A stretch of 64,000 nucleotides of DNA from an uncultured delta proteobacterium (GTDB lineage Bacteria > Myxococcota > UBA727 > VGSZ01). Under the pieces are notes generated by a model. That model searched no databases. It had not been told where the DNA came from and was given only the letters and a program-made list of their open reading frames with translations. Where the stretch lies: contig CAVZJB010000004.1 of the NCBI GenBank assembly GCA_963775425.1, positions 160,001 to 224,000 of the forward strand. The letters are read 5' to 3'. This document shows, piece after piece, positions 62,921 to 64,000 of this stretch. The position numbers were made by a program, and so were the translations under genes. Numbering within the stretch: position 1 is the first letter of the stretch; every line of letters begins with the position of its first letter.

Positions 62921-64000
62921 ATGCGTGCTCCCCTGGTGTCCCTCGCGTTCTCGGCCTCGTTGGCGCTCCCGGCGTTGTGGGCAGGGACGGCGCGGGGGGC
63001 GCAGATCACCGATGTGGCCGACGCCGTCGACGGCGACGACCCCTTCGACGCCAACCTCGAGCTGAAGTTCGACGTCGACCGGCACTCGGGAATCATCACC
63101 CGCGAGAACTTCCAGCCGCCCGAGAACGATCCCGGCGGCAAGCCCCGCGTCGTCGACGTCAAGGAAGAGCAGTTCGAGCACGTGCGCTTCCGCATCCGGC
63201 CGCGGCTCGAGGTGGGCATCTTCCACGACCTCTCGCTGTTCGCCGAGTGGCCCATCGTCATCTGGGACCAGCAGGACTGGAAGTACGCGGCCGGCACGGA
63301 CCAATCCAACTCCACCTTCGGACGTGATCAGTCGCCGAACCCGTCTCCCCCCGTCGACAGTTGGAACGAGACCTCCGGCGCCGGCAACAATCGGCTGGCC
63401 ATCCAGAACGGGACCTTCGGCTTCCCCAAGAAGGCGTACAACGACTGGGCCTTCGACCACGCCCACAACGGGCAGTTCACCGGGTATCGCCAGGGCTTCG
63501 ACAACCCCACGTTCGGTGTGCGCTTCTCCCCGCTCAACAACGAGCGCGACGACACCAAGCCCACCATCACGCTCCAGGCGGACTACACGCCGCCGTTCTT
63601 CCAGTTCATGGACCCCACCACCGAGGACATCAGCGACGCCGCCAACCCCGGCACCGTCGCCGACGGCGCGCATCGCTTTCACTTCTCGGTGGCCATGTCC
63701 AAGCGCTTCCTGATCCTCGACCCGTACTTCATGGTCGAGTACGGGCTGCCGCTGGCGGCGTCGGGCTCGGGCTCGCTGCTCGGCTTCTTCCCACGCCAGA
63801 TGGGCAGCTTCATGGCGGGCACCGAGATCATCCCGTACGAAGATCAAAAGATGCAGCAGAAGTTCGCCATCGACGTCAACGCGTTCGCCACCTACTTCAG
63901 CGAAGGCCGCGACTACTCCGAGGTGAGCGACGTGCTGCGCGAGCAGACGTACACCGATCAGTGGGTGCGCACCGGCTTGAACCTCGGCATCTTCTTCAAG
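62921..64000 (+). CDS. Secreted, probable outer-membrane beta-barrel protein (partial)
   Basis: Manual translation MRAPLVSLAFSASLALPALWAGTARGAQITDVADAVDGDDPFD...; reading appears to stay open to the window end. Confidence 0.75.
   Translation, partial: MRAPLVSLAFSASLALPALWAGTARGAQITDVADAVDGDDPFDANLELKFDVDRHSGIITRENFQPPENDPGGKPRVVDVKEEQFEHVRFRIRPRLEVGIFHDLSLFAEWPIVIWDQQDWKYAAGTDQSNSTFGRDQSPNPSPPVDSWNETSGAGNNRLAIQNGTFGFPKKAYNDWAFDHAHNGQFTGYRQGFDNPTFGVRFSPLNNERDDTKPTITLQADYTPPFFQFMDPTTEDISDAANPGTVADGAHRFHFSVAMSKRFLILDPYFMVEYGLPLAASGSGSLLGFFPRQMGSFMAGTEIIPYEDQKMQQKFAIDVNAFATYFSEGRDYSEVSDVLREQTYTDQWVRTGLNLGIFFK

Overview
High-GC bacterial window, most likely Myxococcota or a related deltaproteobacterial lineage. 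This rests on a Myxococcus-type LexA box, myxobacterial Cys-rich repeats and the Ser/Thr kinase and sigma54 systems. The first 21 kb carry the str-S10-spc ribosomal cluster on the minus strand, in a rearranged form: rplC and rpsN are missing from their usual positions, and about 8.7 kb of unrelated genes separate rplW from rplB. Structured leaders lie upstream of rpsL and rplB, and a 75-nt tRNA-shaped cloverleaf overlaps the rplN ribosome-binding site. The rest is mixed housekeeping and accessory content: four lipoproteins with (Glu-Gly)n tethers (one with circularly permuted C-type lectin domains), a GluR0-like channel, a LexA-boxed imuA-imuB cassette with an internal inverted-repeat array, CheBR and kinases, an HNH-MinD-J/HTH-RluD-LETM1-like-add cluster, a pxpBCA operon interrupted by a lipoprotein gene, and an NtrC-type regulator. 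Many non-ribosomal genes look leaderless. Three single-base indels (map, imuA, small gene-rluD junction) may be sequencing errors. No CRISPR array, rRNA or canonical tRNA was seen. All calls come from motif recognition by eye; no database search was run.
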